Shown here piece by piece: positions 10,456 to 20,860 of a stretch of 51,707 bases of DNA. This stretch comes from a virus (Duplodnaviria; Heunggongvirae; Uroviricota; Caudoviricetes). The notes under the pieces are model-generated. The model saw nothing but the letters and a program-made list of their open reading frames with translations, searched no databases and was not told the origin of the DNA. Location of the stretch: positions 73,293 through 124,999 of the IMG/VR virus record IMGVR_UViG_3300032144_000001, one strand, 5' to 3'. Position 1 is the stretch's first letter; every line of letters begins with the position of its first letter. The position numbers and the translations under genes were made by a program.

Positions 10456-12068
10456 TGAGAATCACTTGTAACGATACTGGATGCCCTGTTATCCTAAGTT
10501 CAGAGTGCGTATTTTATGAAGGATCTGCTTTGCCAGAAACTGGAATAAATACAAACGATAGCTTAGAAATAGCTCTTCAAAAGATTGAAGAAGCTATAGC
10601 TAATATTGAAGGCGGAGGCGGTGGTGGAGATGCTGTTTGGGGTCTTATTGAAGGGGTAGTAACAGATCAAACCGATTTAATGGTTTATTTAGCTGCTAAT
10701 TATTTAACTCCTGCTCAAGCAGCAAGTATATATGTACCTTTAGCCAGAACTATTACTATTAATGGTGTAACTCAATCATTAGCAGCCAATAGAACCTGGA
10801 CTGTTGGCGGAGTTACGTCTGTAACTGGAACTCCTGATAGAATAACTATAGGAGGTACAGCTACTGATCCAATTATAGATATAGCTTCTACTTATATTGG
10901 TCAAAGCTCAATTACTACTCTTGGTACAATTACAACTGGAACTTGGCAAGCCTCTGTTATAGGATCTAATTATGGAGGAGCTGGTGCTATAAATGGCCTT
11001 TTAAAAGCTGATGGCTTAGGGGTAGTTTCTCAAGCTATACCTGGAGTTGATTATAGTGCTGCCAGTAACTTACTAATTCAGTCATTTACAGGAGATGGTG
11101 TTGAAGATACATTTACTGTTACAAATGGAACGATTCAACAAATTTTAATTGTTGAAATTGGAGGTATAATTCAGAGATTGAGTACAGATTATACAGTAAG
11201 TGGACAAGACATCATATTTGCAGATGCTCCAGATGCTGGAGTTATTATAACAGTTTACTATTTTGAGGATGTTTTAGTTTCTGCTCCTGTATTTAATGCG
11301 GACATAACTGTTACTTTATCTGGAGGAAAAACGTTAGGAAAATATACAAATGGACAAACTATACCTACTTTAGGTAAAACAATCCAACAGGTTTTAGAAG
11401 ATATAGCAATCGAGTACATCTTCCCTACATGGAACTCCTTCTCTATTACAGGTCAAGCAACTACTGTAGAAGTTGGAACAACTTTATCAGGCTCTAAAAC
11501 ATTCACTTGGAGTATAAATAACAATTCAGGTATTGTTACTACCATTGATTTGTATGATAATACTGCTGCTGCGACATTACTAGCAGGAACTCCAAATGAT
11601 GGATCTCAGGCACAAACTATTACTACTATTCAATTAAACAGTAATGGGGCTACTCAGTCATGGAAAGGTATTGCGAATAACGTATCTCCAGCAGGAACTA
11701 TAAACTCATCCAACTTTGTTGTGACTTCCAGATTCTATTATTTCTATGGCCCTAGTGCTTCTTCACCAGCTAATAGTGCTGCTGTGAGAGCACTTCCCTC
11801 TAGTGCTTTTAGAATAGGAGCAACATCTTTTACATTAAATACAGGAACTACTCTTACAAAATTTGTAGTAGCTTTACCTCCTTCAATAACAATAAGTTCT
11901 GTTATAGATACATCTGCACTAAATGCAAACATTACCTCAGATTACGTACTTACTGGTACAGTAAATGTATTGGATGCTGGAGGAACTAACAGATCGTATA
12001 ATATATATGAAATGAATATAGGAGCACCATATGCTTCTTCACATGCACATTTAATAACAATATCTTAA
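10455..12068 (+). CDS. Tail/appendage fibre protein
   Basis: 537 aa, G/T/S/V-rich beta-type sequence; fibre-like motifs (VPLARTITING, VTSVTGT); located in the structural operon. Confidence 0.7.
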   Translation: MRITCNDTGCPVILSSECVFYEGSALPETGINTNDSLEIALQKIEEAIANIEGGGGGGDAVWGLIEGVVTDQTDLMVYLAANYLTPAQAASIYVPLARTITINGVTQSLAANRTWTVGGVTSVTGTPDRITIGGTATDPIIDIASTYIGQSSITTLGTITTGTWQASVIGSNYGGAGAINGLLKADGLGVVSQAIPGVDYSAASNLLIQSFTGDGVEDTFTVTNGTIQQILIVEIGGIIQRLSTDYTVSGQDIIFADAPDAGVIITVYYFEDVLVSAPVFNADITVTLSGGKTLGKYTNGQTIPTLGKTIQQVLEDIAIEYIFPTWNSFSITGQATTVEVGTTLSGSKTFTWSINNNSGIVTTIDLYDNTAAATLLAGTPNDGSQAQTITTIQLNSNGATQSWKGIANNVSPAGTINSSNFVVTSRFYYFYGPSASSPANSAAVRALPSSAFRIGATSFTLNTGTTLTKFVVALPPSITISSVIDTSALNANITSDYVLTGTVNVLDAGGTNRSYNIYEMNIGAPYASSHAHLITIS

Positions 12069-14302
12069 TGGCAACTTCTAAATTACAATTACCAGGAGGA
12101 CTTAGAACAGTCAATGGAGTTCCAGATATTGCTAAATATTGGAATAATAATGATACTCCCTATACTAGTACTGCTCAAGTTTTGTCTGAAATACCTATTG
12201 GTATTAGACATACAGGATTAAAAGTACAAGTGCTAACTGATGAATACTGGTGGCCTACTACTGGTGGAGTAACTGATGGTGAACTTGTTTTATACTCTCC
12301 AGGTGGCGGTGGATATTATCAAACTATTGAACAGGATGGGACACCTTTAACACAAAGAGCAACACTTAATATACTTAATGGTCTTACTGCTAGTGATGTA
12401 GGTGGAAAAACTCAAATTGTTTTTGGTGGATCACTTACAGCTAACACTGATTTAGTTATTGGAAGTGGACAAAGATTAAGATTTTTGTTTGATGGTATAG
12501 CTAGTAATGGTAATGTTATCATATCTCATATCAATCCTAATGCTCCTACTTTTTCAGTTTCTAGCCAAGATGATCCTCTTACAGCCAATGGTGGATTAAC
12601 TATTGGAATTGTATCAGTCAACATGAGTTGGACTGATTATACAGGAACAGGTGCTACTAATATAATAATTGCTAATATTGATGGAGTTACTCTAAATAGT
12701 TTAGATGGAGATGATGGAGATACTACTCTTTTGGTAGCTAGTACTAATTTTCAGATAAGTTCAACCTACGCTACATTTGCTGGAGCAATTTATGATCAAG
12801 ATTATTCAGCAAATTATACCAACAGATCACTTCCTGATAAACAATATGGGGATACTCATATAGGTGGACAAAATGTAAATTCAAATGTAACATCTCCTAC
12901 TTCGGGAGAAGATGGATATGTTATATCTTGGAATGATAGTAATCAAGAATATGAGTTAATCCCACCTCCTAGTGGAGGAAGTGGTTTAACAATAGGTACA
13001 ACCTTAATTTCTTCAGGAACTAACACTAGAGTATTATTTAACAACGCTGGTGTATTAGGAGAATATAGTATAAGTGGAACAGGTAATGTAGCAATGACTA
13101 CATCTCCAGTTTTTACAACTCCAAACCTAGGAACACCATCTGCCATTACCTTAACTAATGGAACAGGACTTCCAGTAGCAGGTATTACTGGATTAGGTAC
13201 AGGTGTAGCTACATTTTTAGCAACACCATCATGGACAAACTTCAACTCCATGATTACAGGTACTGCACCTTATCGCGGCCTCAACGGAACGTACACATAT
13301 ACAGGAGCTGTAACGGATGTCATCACAACAACCAATAGTCAAACGTTCTCTTCATCATCATTAGGTACATCTGTAACGCCTTCTATTATTGCTGTTAATC
13401 CTACAGCCGCATCGGCTGGTGCGCAGCAATATGGCCCAACACGTAGAACAGGTGGCCAAGGATGGAAGACGCAAGCTACAGCAGGTAGTCAGCCAGTATG
13501 GTATGATGAAACGGTGGTTCCAGTGCAAGGCGTAGTGAGTCCAACTGCAATTTATCAATTACGTTCTTATACAAATAGTGTAATCACTAATATGCAATTC
13601 GATCTTAATTCGGATGGTGGAAGATTTGAGTTACTTGCAAGTGGTATAAGATTAAGAACATCAGGTGCAGGAGTAGGAGGACTATCATTCTCTGGTTCTG
13701 CCCCAACAGGAGGTAGAATAGATTATGGTGGAGCTTTTGCTATAACTTCTGCAAGTAGTGGATCTACATTATCTATACAAGCAGGTGCTCTTTCTGGATC
13801 TAGCGGTACTGTTTCAGGGGTTACTATTGGTAATCAAACATCAGTGGCTATGTCTAGTGGTACATTATCCTATAATGTATTAAGTATATTTGACAGTCCA
13901 TCAGCTATTAACAACACAGGAACTTATACAGGGGATTTTGTTGCTATTAATTTTAACCCAACGATCACTTCTTTAACTGGTACTACTTTATATGGATTAA
14001 AAATAGTACCTTCTCAAGCGGTTAATGCTTTTGGTCAATCATCCGCAACCGCAACTATAGATATAGCAGGTTCAAGTACTACTAAAGCATCTTTAAGAAT
14101 ACGTCCTGGTACAGCACCATCATCTCCAAATGATGGAGATATCTACTATATAGATACAAATGATAGACTAATGTTTTACAAGAACGCTACTGCTTCTGAA
14201 TTTTTATCTGCAAGTGCAGTTACTACTGAAGTAGTTGTTTCAGATACAACGTTAACTATTACTTACAACGGAACAACATATAAATTATTAGCAAGAGTAT
14301 AA
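12068..14302 (+). CDS. Tail fibre protein
   Basis: 744 aa, G/S/T-rich; fibre-like segments (TSPVFTTPNLGTPSAITLTNGTGLP; PSSPNDGDIYY). Confidence 0.7.
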   Translation: MATSKLQLPGGLRTVNGVPDIAKYWNNNDTPYTSTAQVLSEIPIGIRHTGLKVQVLTDEYWWPTTGGVTDGELVLYSPGGGGYYQTIEQDGTPLTQRATLNILNGLTASDVGGKTQIVFGGSLTANTDLVIGSGQRLRFLFDGIASNGNVIISHINPNAPTFSVSSQDDPLTANGGLTIGIVSVNMSWTDYTGTGATNIIIANIDGVTLNSLDGDDGDTTLLVASTNFQISSTYATFAGAIYDQDYSANYTNRSLPDKQYGDTHIGGQNVNSNVTSPTSGEDGYVISWNDSNQEYELIPPPSGGSGLTIGTTLISSGTNTRVLFNNAGVLGEYSISGTGNVAMTTSPVFTTPNLGTPSAITLTNGTGLPVAGITGLGTGVATFLATPSWTNFNSMITGTAPYRGLNGTYTYTGAVTDVITTTNSQTFSSSSLGTSVTPSIIAVNPTAASAGAQQYGPTRRTGGQGWKTQATAGSQPVWYDETVVPVQGVVSPTAIYQLRSYTNSVITNMQFDLNSDGGRFELLASGIRLRTSGAGVGGLSFSGSAPTGGRIDYGGAFAITSASSGSTLSIQAGALSGSSGTVSGVTIGNQTSVAMSSGTLSYNVLSIFDSPSAINNTGTYTGDFVAINFNPTITSLTGTTLYGLKIVPSQAVNAFGQSSATATIDIAGSSTTKASLRIRPGTAPSSPNDGDIYYIDTNDRLMFYKNATASEFLSASAVTTEVVVSDTTLTITYNGTTYKLLARV

Positions 14303-15862
14303 ATGGGTTATATAAATAGACAAATAGGATGGTCACCAGAAGAAATTGAATATCAAAAATTTCTAAAAAACTTGAAAAAGAGAAATCAAGGATTTGGAAA
14401 AACAATTATTCCTGATCCGAGTACTCCATCAGTGTTTGATGATATTTTAGGACATTGGGATGCAGATACCTTTACAGGAACTTCTGGATCGTATGTATTA
14501 ACTGATAAATCAGGTAATGGTCATCCTATGACACAAGCTGCGGGTACTATAACTCCTGGAACATCGACTAATGGAAAACCTAGAATGGTTGGAAACGCTA
14601 CTGCAAGATTTACTTGTCCTTTAACGATGAAATCATGGCCTTTAACAGTAGTTACAGTTTTTAAAAGGACTGCCGCAGCTACTTGTGGATTTTTTGGTCA
14701 CACTGGTACAACTCCATATAATTCAATGTGGGTTGGTTATGAATCATCCAATAGTTTCAGGATATATAATACAAATAGTACAGCTAATACAACAGCAGAA
14801 GCTGGAACTACTTCTTGTTATATTGCAAGAATAGGATATGGATCTAGAATGTCAATCCTTAATGGTATCGTTTTAAATGATTGTCAATTGGGTAGTATTG
14901 TACAGACTGGATTAGTAACTACAACCATAGGTACAGAGTATCGTGGACTTAATGGTGAGTGGCAAAGAACATATGTTTGGGATAGAGAATTAAGTTTGAT
15001 TGAAATGGACGAAGTTCATACTAAGATTAATGAAGATTTTGGAACAGCTATTCCTTTATTTTCTTCATATCCTACATCAAATGTAGTTCTGATCTTTGGT
15101 GACAGTATGATAGGCGGAAGATCTGCCAGAGGAGCAAGTGATGTTAACGTACCTGTTGAATATAGAGGTGCTCAAACTAATGTGGATATTTGGTACGGAA
15201 CCCCTGCCAATAATTTTGGTACTGCATGGAATGACTTTAATTTAACAAATAACAATAATCAACTTAATGACCAGTTTGCAGGAACTAGTACTTATTTTGG
15301 TCCTAATGTATCTTTAGGTAAAGAATATGTTGATAGAACGTCTAATTCTATCAATATCATGCAATCTTCGACAGGTAGCGCTGGTCTTAGTAAAATAGGA
15401 AGTAATGCTTTCTTTGACCCTTTTGATAATTCTTTAACTCAATTAAATCCAGCAAGAGGTTATGGATCTTTTATGAAGAATTATTGGAAATCTTTTTCAG
15501 CTTTACAAGCTAGTGGAACAATACCATCTATTAAAGGAATTATAATAGGTTTAGGTACAAATGATGCTGTGAATCAAACGGCAGCAGATAATTTTGCTAT
15601 ACAGGGTAATTTATTAATACCCCAACTAAGAAGAGAGTTAGGCGTAAGTGCTGATGACTCAAAAATAATTTGGTTGAGAATGCATATAGGAACTACAGGA
15701 GGTACTTACGAAACAATTATAAGAACTAAAACTGCTGAAATAGTAGCAGCCAATCCAAATTGTGTGATGGTAAGTGACGATGCTTACAGCTTTGTAGATG
15801 GAGTACATTTAAATGCAGCGGGAAATATTGGTATTGGTTCAGATTTATCTACTTATCTATAA
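14303..15862 (+). CDS. Virion-associated lectin-like domain plus SGNH hydrolase (carbohydrate O-acetylesterase-like)
   Basis: SGNH blocks LIFGDS, GLGTNDA and DGVH; N-terminal beta-rich GHWDAD domain resembles LamG/ConA; starts with an IGWS helical peptide. Confidence 0.75.
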   Translation: MGYINRQIGWSPEEIEYQKFLKNLKKRNQGFGKTIIPDPSTPSVFDDILGHWDADTFTGTSGSYVLTDKSGNGHPMTQAAGTITPGTSTNGKPRMVGNATARFTCPLTMKSWPLTVVTVFKRTAAATCGFFGHTGTTPYNSMWVGYESSNSFRIYNTNSTANTTAEAGTTSCYIARIGYGSRMSILNGIVLNDCQLGSIVQTGLVTTTIGTEYRGLNGEWQRTYVWDRELSLIEMDEVHTKINEDFGTAIPLFSSYPTSNVVLIFGDSMIGGRSARGASDVNVPVEYRGAQTNVDIWYGTPANNFGTAWNDFNLTNNNNQLNDQFAGTSTYFGPNVSLGKEYVDRTSNSINIMQSSTGSAGLSKIGSNAFFDPFDNSLTQLNPARGYGSFMKNYWKSFSALQASGTIPSIKGIIIGLGTNDAVNQTAADNFAIQGNLLIPQLRRELGVSADDSKIIWLRMHIGTTGGTYETIIRTKTAEIVAANPNCVMVSDDAYSFVDGVHLNAAGNIGIGSDLSTYL

Positions 15863-15871
15863 AGTCAAAAT

Positions 15872-18124
15872 ATGAGAAACGATACTAGATATACTCAATT
15901 TGAAGACATTTCAGCAGATTCTTTTTTAGGAAGATTAACTAGTGATGGTCCTGCCATTGTACTAAGTGCAACTGAAGCAACATCATTACTAGATGTTTTT
16001 ACTTCAACAGATAAAGGATTAGTTCCATTTTCTGGAGGAGGAACTATTAACTTTCTTAGAGCAGATGGTACTTGGGCTGTTCCTCCTGGAGGGGGTAGTA
16101 TTTCTGATGGTGACAGAGGAGATATTACTGTATCTGGATCTGGTTCTATTTGGACTATTGATTCTGGAGTTGTAACATTTGCAAAAATGCAAAGTTCTGC
16201 TTCTGGATTAAGTGTAATAGGTAGATCATCTAATTCAGGGGGTGTCTTTGCAGAAATAGCAGCAGCTTCAGATGGAGGGGTATTAAGAAGATCAGGCACT
16301 TCTATAGCATTTGGAACTATTGGTACGTTAGGTATTGGAGATAGTCAAGTAACATATGCAAAAATTCAAAGTGTTACATCAGCTAGAATTCTAGGAAGAT
16401 ATACTGGAAGTACTGGTGTAGTTCAAGAAATTACAATAGGATCAGGACTAACACTTGACAGTGGAAGTGGTGTTTTAACATCAACTCCAGTGTCTGATGG
16501 AGATAAAGGTGATATTACAGTATCATCCAGTGGCGCTACTTGGACAGTAGATTTGAGTATAAATAAAGCTTGGAGTGGAGTTCAAAGTTATGTAGATAAT
16601 GGATTTAGGTTATTTAATCCTGCAAATACATCCTCATATAATTTTAGAACTAGTGCTATTGCAGCCAATAGGGATGTAACATTACCTTTATTAACAAGTG
16701 CTGACACTATAGTTTTTAACGATTTTACAGCTACTTTAACTAATAAAACATTAGGAACAGGAACAGTATTTTCAGTTATACCTGTTATAAATGATGGTAT
16801 AACTTTCACATTTAATCCTAATGCAACCTTATCTGGAATTAATGTTGGTTCTCATGCAAGTGATCCTTCTTCTCCTAATAATGGAGATATATACTACAAT
16901 TCTACTTCTGATGAATTAAGAGCTAGAATAGCAGGTTCTTGGATAGCACTTGGAGCAAGTGGAGGTACAGTTTCTGGTAGTGGAACTGCTGGTCAAATAG
17001 CATATTGGACTGCTGGATCTATTATTTCTTCTGAAGCTGGATTTGAATATGATTCTACTAATAATAGAATGATAGTCCCAACTATAAGAGGGACTGCTGG
17101 TACATTTACGTTAGCTTCTAATAATGGTACGGGTGCTTTTATTCAATTAACGGATGCAGGTGCTTTTAATAGTAGTAGTACATCTATAAATTTTATTACA
17201 GGTTCTAGTAGTTTATCACTAGCAACAGGAGCAATTGGAATATATTCTGCTTCAGTAGATATTGGTAATTTAGCTACTAATATCATGAATTATACAGCAG
17301 CATCTAACAGGTTAAGATTCCAAAGAGGAGGTGTTTCACCAGTTAACCATGTCATAGCAGTTACTTCTGGAGATGCAACTACTAATGACGGAGATTCTAT
17401 ATCATTACAAGGAGGAAATGCTTACACTGTATCTGGAAATGGAGATGGAGGAAACATAACACTAACTTCTGGTGAAAGAAGAACAGCCGGATCTGGAGTT
17501 GATGGTAATATTATTTTAGATCCATTAACAGGTAGTGTACTTGTTAATACTGTAACTGGTGCTGCAAAATTACAAGTAAAAGGAGGGGGTACAGGTAGCT
17601 CTGCTACTTTCCTAACTCAAAAATCAGATAGTACTCAAACATTTGAAATTGTTGATAATGGTAATGTAGGTATAGGACAAGGAACTTATGGTAGTGGAGT
17701 AGGTGTGGTTAGTATTGCTGTTGCAACAACACCTCCTTCTTCTAATCCAACAAACTCTATTGTTTTGTATGTAAAAGATGTAGCAGGTACAGCAGAATTA
17801 TATACCAAATCAGAAACAGGATCAGATGTATGTTTATCAGGTTTATTCGATCCATTAGTTGTAACAGGAACATCATTAACTTTAGATGATGATGACCATC
17901 GTGGTAAATTTATATATTTTACTAATGGTAGTGCAATTACAGTTACTGTTCCAAATACATTAAAAATTGGATTTACTTGTGTTCTTATGCAAGATGGAGG
18001 AGGGACAGTATCTATAACTGGATCAGGAGGAACTACAATTAATGGTAAAACTAGTACAACTGGGCAATACGACTCAATCGGTCTTTTACACTACAAAGAC
18101 ACAGACGTATATTTTGGAAGATGA
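15872..18124 (+). CDS. Tail fibre protein with internal repeats
   Basis: 750 aa G/S/T-rich; two SDGD(R/K)GDITVS repeats; C-terminal domain (ITVTVP...GFTCVLMQDGGGTVSI) of a type seen at fibre ends. Confidence 0.7.
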   Translation: MRNDTRYTQFEDISADSFLGRLTSDGPAIVLSATEATSLLDVFTSTDKGLVPFSGGGTINFLRADGTWAVPPGGGSISDGDRGDITVSGSGSIWTIDSGVVTFAKMQSSASGLSVIGRSSNSGGVFAEIAAASDGGVLRRSGTSIAFGTIGTLGIGDSQVTYAKIQSVTSARILGRYTGSTGVVQEITIGSGLTLDSGSGVLTSTPVSDGDKGDITVSSSGATWTVDLSINKAWSGVQSYVDNGFRLFNPANTSSYNFRTSAIAANRDVTLPLLTSADTIVFNDFTATLTNKTLGTGTVFSVIPVINDGITFTFNPNATLSGINVGSHASDPSSPNNGDIYYNSTSDELRARIAGSWIALGASGGTVSGSGTAGQIAYWTAGSIISSEAGFEYDSTNNRMIVPTIRGTAGTFTLASNNGTGAFIQLTDAGAFNSSSTSINFITGSSSLSLATGAIGIYSASVDIGNLATNIMNYTAASNRLRFQRGGVSPVNHVIAVTSGDATTNDGDSISLQGGNAYTVSGNGDGGNITLTSGERRTAGSGVDGNIILDPLTGSVLVNTVTGAAKLQVKGGGTGSSATFLTQKSDSTQTFEIVDNGNVGIGQGTYGSGVGVVSIAVATTPPSSNPTNSIVLYVKDVAGTAELYTKSETGSDVCLSGLFDPLVVTGTSLTLDDDDHRGKFIYFTNGSAITVTVPNTLKIGFTCVLMQDGGGTVSITGSGGTTINGKTSTTGQYDSIGLLHYKDTDVYFGR
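16103..16552 (+). repeat. Two diverged 20-codon repeats (16103-16162 and 16493-16552)
   Basis: SDGDRGDITVSGSGSIWTID versus SDGDKGDITVSSSGATWTVD, 390 nt apart. Confidence 0.8.
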
Positions 18125-18912
18125 TAGGATTTAGAAGCATATCGTCAATGACAGGTCCATATTCTGGACCATTTCCACCTGATCCTGAAGATGGTACACT
18201 TGTTGCTAAACAATTAGGTGGAGGTACAGGTGCTCCTAATGGATTTTATCAATGGTTACCTGATAATTATTCTCTTACAGGAATACAAACTTATCCATTT
18301 ATACTATGGTTACATGGCTCTGGAGGAAATGGTAATGGTACTTCACAATTAGGGAATGTCTTAAGTAGTGATGGGGGTGGAGTAGCTAATATTCTTAATA
18401 GTGGAGGTTGGAATGGTAAACAAGGATCTGAAAGGTTTATTGTATTAATGCCACAATGTCCAAGTAGCCAACAATGGCCAGGAGGATATTATTCTAACGG
18501 AGGAATTAGTCAAATTACAGTATTCAAAGATTGGGCCAAGACATATTATAGAATAGATACTAATAGAATGTATGTAATGGGGCATTCTATGGGAGGTAAA
18601 GGTACTTATGAAGCTTTAGCTTTAGATAATGCTAGTAATGAATGGGCTGCTGCTGCTCCTATATGTACAGCAGGATCTACTTATCAAATGGGTCAGGGGG
18701 CTGGAAATACAGATAGACCTCTTCATTGTTTCTATAGTAGTAATGATAGTTTAGATGTTGAATTATCTGTTTATAATGGATATATTGATACGGTTTCTAC
18801 CGCTTCTCATGATGTTGTTGATATGGCTAATGGTCATAATCCAACAAGAGCTTGTTCACCAACCTATTATACCCCTAATGTATACTCTAAATTACTAACT
18901 CATAGTTTATAA
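18121..18912 (+). CDS. Alpha/beta-hydrolase (esterase-like)
   Basis: Oxyanion loop LWLHGSGG; nucleophile elbow GHSMGG; downstream D and H candidates (SNDS, NGHN). Confidence 0.8.
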   Translation: MIGFRSISSMTGPYSGPFPPDPEDGTLVAKQLGGGTGAPNGFYQWLPDNYSLTGIQTYPFILWLHGSGGNGNGTSQLGNVLSSDGGGVANILNSGGWNGKQGSERFIVLMPQCPSSQQWPGGYYSNGGISQITVFKDWAKTYYRIDTNRMYVMGHSMGGKGTYEALALDNASNEWAAAAPICTAGSTYQMGQGAGNTDRPLHCFYSSNDSLDVELSVYNGYIDTVSTASHDVVDMANGHNPTRACSPTYYTPNVYSKLLTHSL

Positions 18913-18934
18913 TAACAAATATTTTAGATTATTA

Positions 18935-18965
18935 TTGCTTTTTTAATAAAAATTAATTATAATTG
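18935..18965 (+). promoter_or_regulatory. Possible Bacteroidota-type promoter (TTG-N20-TATAATTG)
   Basis: TTG 18935-18937, 20-nt spacer, -7 box with one mismatch at 18958-18965 followed by CA. Confidence 0.45.
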
Positions 18966-18986
18966 CAGATTAAAACCAAATTAATT

Positions 18987-19355
18987 ATGATTGAACTTAA
19001 AAAATACGAATTAGAGCCAGTTTTGCTTCAAATTACTACTTTCAAACAAAATGTAGAAAATGGTCCATATGCTCCGATATCCGGACTTATGTTAGAAAAT
19101 TTACCTTTAAAAGAAAAAAGAAAGCTCCAAAAAATTCAAAAGAAAGTACTTGAGTCGTATCAGGAGCTTTTAAAAGATGCTGCCTCTATTAAAGAGGAGC
19201 TAAAAGATAATAAGGAAGAACTTGAAAAAGAGACAAAAACTCTTCTGGAAGAAACAGTTAAAATTGATCTCGAAAAAGCATCTTTAGTAGTTATAGATGA
19301 AATTAAGTCATCAGTAATATATAACTTCGATTTAATCGAAAAAATAGCAGAATAA
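18987..19355 (+). CDS. Hypothetical helical protein (possible tail assembly chaperone)
   Basis: ATG at 18987 preferred over the 18963 start; charged coiled-coil sequence; stop overlaps next start. Confidence 0.55.
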   Translation: MIELKKYELEPVLLQITTFKQNVENGPYAPISGLMLENLPLKEKRKLQKIQKKVLESYQELLKDAASIKEELKDNKEELEKETKTLLEETVKIDLEKASLVVIDEIKSSVIYNFDLIEKIAE

Positions 19356-20149
19356 TGAAAGAATTAACTACCCCAACAGGCTTTAGATATAAATTATGGG
19401 ATGAGGCAGGTAGTGATTCTCCTATCATTTACTATCTATCTGGAATGGATGAGAATATTAATAATAGTATTTTTGTCAGCCAGTTTGTACCTTCAATTAA
19501 AGACAGATTTAATATAGCTATTCCATATTTTGTATCTGGAAGATCTGGATGGGAGTGGTTGATTAATGGAGAAATGGCAGAGGTTTACTTCAATAAGTAC
19601 TTCCGAAGCACCATATCATTTGATGGTAGGATGTTCTCTACTGGATGGAGTGCAGGAGGAACTTATGATCCTAAAGCTATTTTACTAAATAATCCTTCAG
19701 GTCCTCTATTAACAGGGTTTGTTATTTGTGCAGGAAGTGGTGACGATTATCATGGTATTACATCTATAATTAATAAAGTACCAGTTAGGCACTATCATGG
19801 TGATAAAGATGGGTTTAATACATCAACTGGTAAATATTCTGGACCAAATAATTATGAACTTGGTAAGAAAACAGCTATTTCCTGGTATGGACTTAGGGAT
19901 GTAAACGAAGATTCTCCTGATAATTTATGGTCTGGTTTTTGGACAATTAGAGGAGGTAATCATTCAAGTGCTCCTCAAAAAGCCTATAATCCAAGTGGTG
20001 ACTTAGCTAATTGGTTGTTATCGCAAGGACAATCTAATCCTATACCTGAACCAGATATAGTATTAACTGAACCTTTTAAAGTAAAAGATGGTACAGTTTC
20101 ATCTGTTGGTTCAGATGGAAAAACCTATAAATGGTCAATAATTACCTAA
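19355..20149 (+). CDS. Second alpha/beta-hydrolase (esterase-like)
   Basis: GWSAGG nucleophile elbow, HYHGDKD acid motif, GGNHS histidine motif. Confidence 0.75.
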   Translation: MKELTTPTGFRYKLWDEAGSDSPIIYYLSGMDENINNSIFVSQFVPSIKDRFNIAIPYFVSGRSGWEWLINGEMAEVYFNKYFRSTISFDGRMFSTGWSAGGTYDPKAILLNNPSGPLLTGFVICAGSGDDYHGITSIINKVPVRHYHGDKDGFNTSTGKYSGPNNYELGKKTAISWYGLRDVNEDSPDNLWSGFWTIRGGNHSSAPQKAYNPSGDLANWLLSQGQSNPIPEPDIVLTEPFKVKDGTVSSVGSDGKTYKWSIIT

Positions 20150-20153
20150 AAAT

Positions 20154-20342
20154 ATGAAAAACTTCTTAAAAAACATCATTATTCACTGGAAAACCACAAC
20201 CTCTGCTGTTATCTTAGCAGTACTTACTTTTATGTTATGGGATGGCGACATTACGGTGGAACAATGGGTCATAGGTACTGGTGCCCTTGGTACTGTTATA
20301 GGAGTTTTAGCTAAAGATTGGGATAAAACAGATCAACAATGA
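20154..20342 (+). CDS. Holin-like small membrane protein
   Basis: 62 aa, two hydrophobic segments, WKTT start and charged AKDWDK tail. Confidence 0.6.
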   Translation: MKNFLKNIIIHWKTTTSAVILAVLTFMLWDGDITVEQWVIGTGALGTVIGVLAKDWDKTDQQ

Positions 20343-20839
20343 ATATAAGATTTCCTTTATTATTCATTGCAAGTATAGCTATACTATCACTAGGATCATC
20401 TTTTAATCCAGGTTATGGGTTTATTGATGGTAATTGGGTAGCATGGCTGGCTTATAGTATAGTTCTTCACGAACTAGCTACTTGGCAAGCAATAAATCAT
20501 TCTAAAAAAATAGAAAAAGGAATATGGATAACTCACTGGAAAGCTAATATAGTAAGATCTGTATTTATTATAGGACTTCCTTTTCTATATCATGCTTATA
20601 ATTATAATCTTATTAAGATAACTCAACTTATTCTTATGGGAATACCTTATTTTGGTATTCTATTTAATCTAAAGTTGAATAAGTTAAGGGGATTAGATTG
20701 GGATTATGTAGGTAAGAATGACAAAAAAGATGCCCTCACAGATCGAATTTTCTCAAAAATTCCTTATGGGGGAAAGTTGTTATTCATGTTACAACTAGTT
20801 ATGCAAAAGATATTTGTTTATCTGTATATATTTAAATAA
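20339..20839 (+). CDS. Multi-pass membrane protein
   Basis: 166 aa with several hydrophobic stretches; ATGA overlap with the holin-like gene. Confidence 0.6.
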   Translation: MNIRFPLLFIASIAILSLGSSFNPGYGFIDGNWVAWLAYSIVLHELATWQAINHSKKIEKGIWITHWKANIVRSVFIIGLPFLYHAYNYNLIKITQLILMGIPYFGILFNLKLNKLRGLDWDYVGKNDKKDALTDRIFSKIPYGGKLLFMLQLVMQKIFVYLYIFK

Positions 20840-20860
20840 GACCCTATTAATTTAAATAAA

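Noticed and set aside
11744-16809. Antisense ORFs 11744-11932, 12943-13251, 13361-13558, 15895-16299, 16588-16809
   Set aside because: Shadows of G/S/T-rich fibre genes on the opposite strand, with no motifs or expression signals.
10455-18124. Diversity-generating retroelement acting on the fibre genes
   Set aside because: No reverse transcriptase in the window, and no near-identical repeat pair differing at adenines was noticed.
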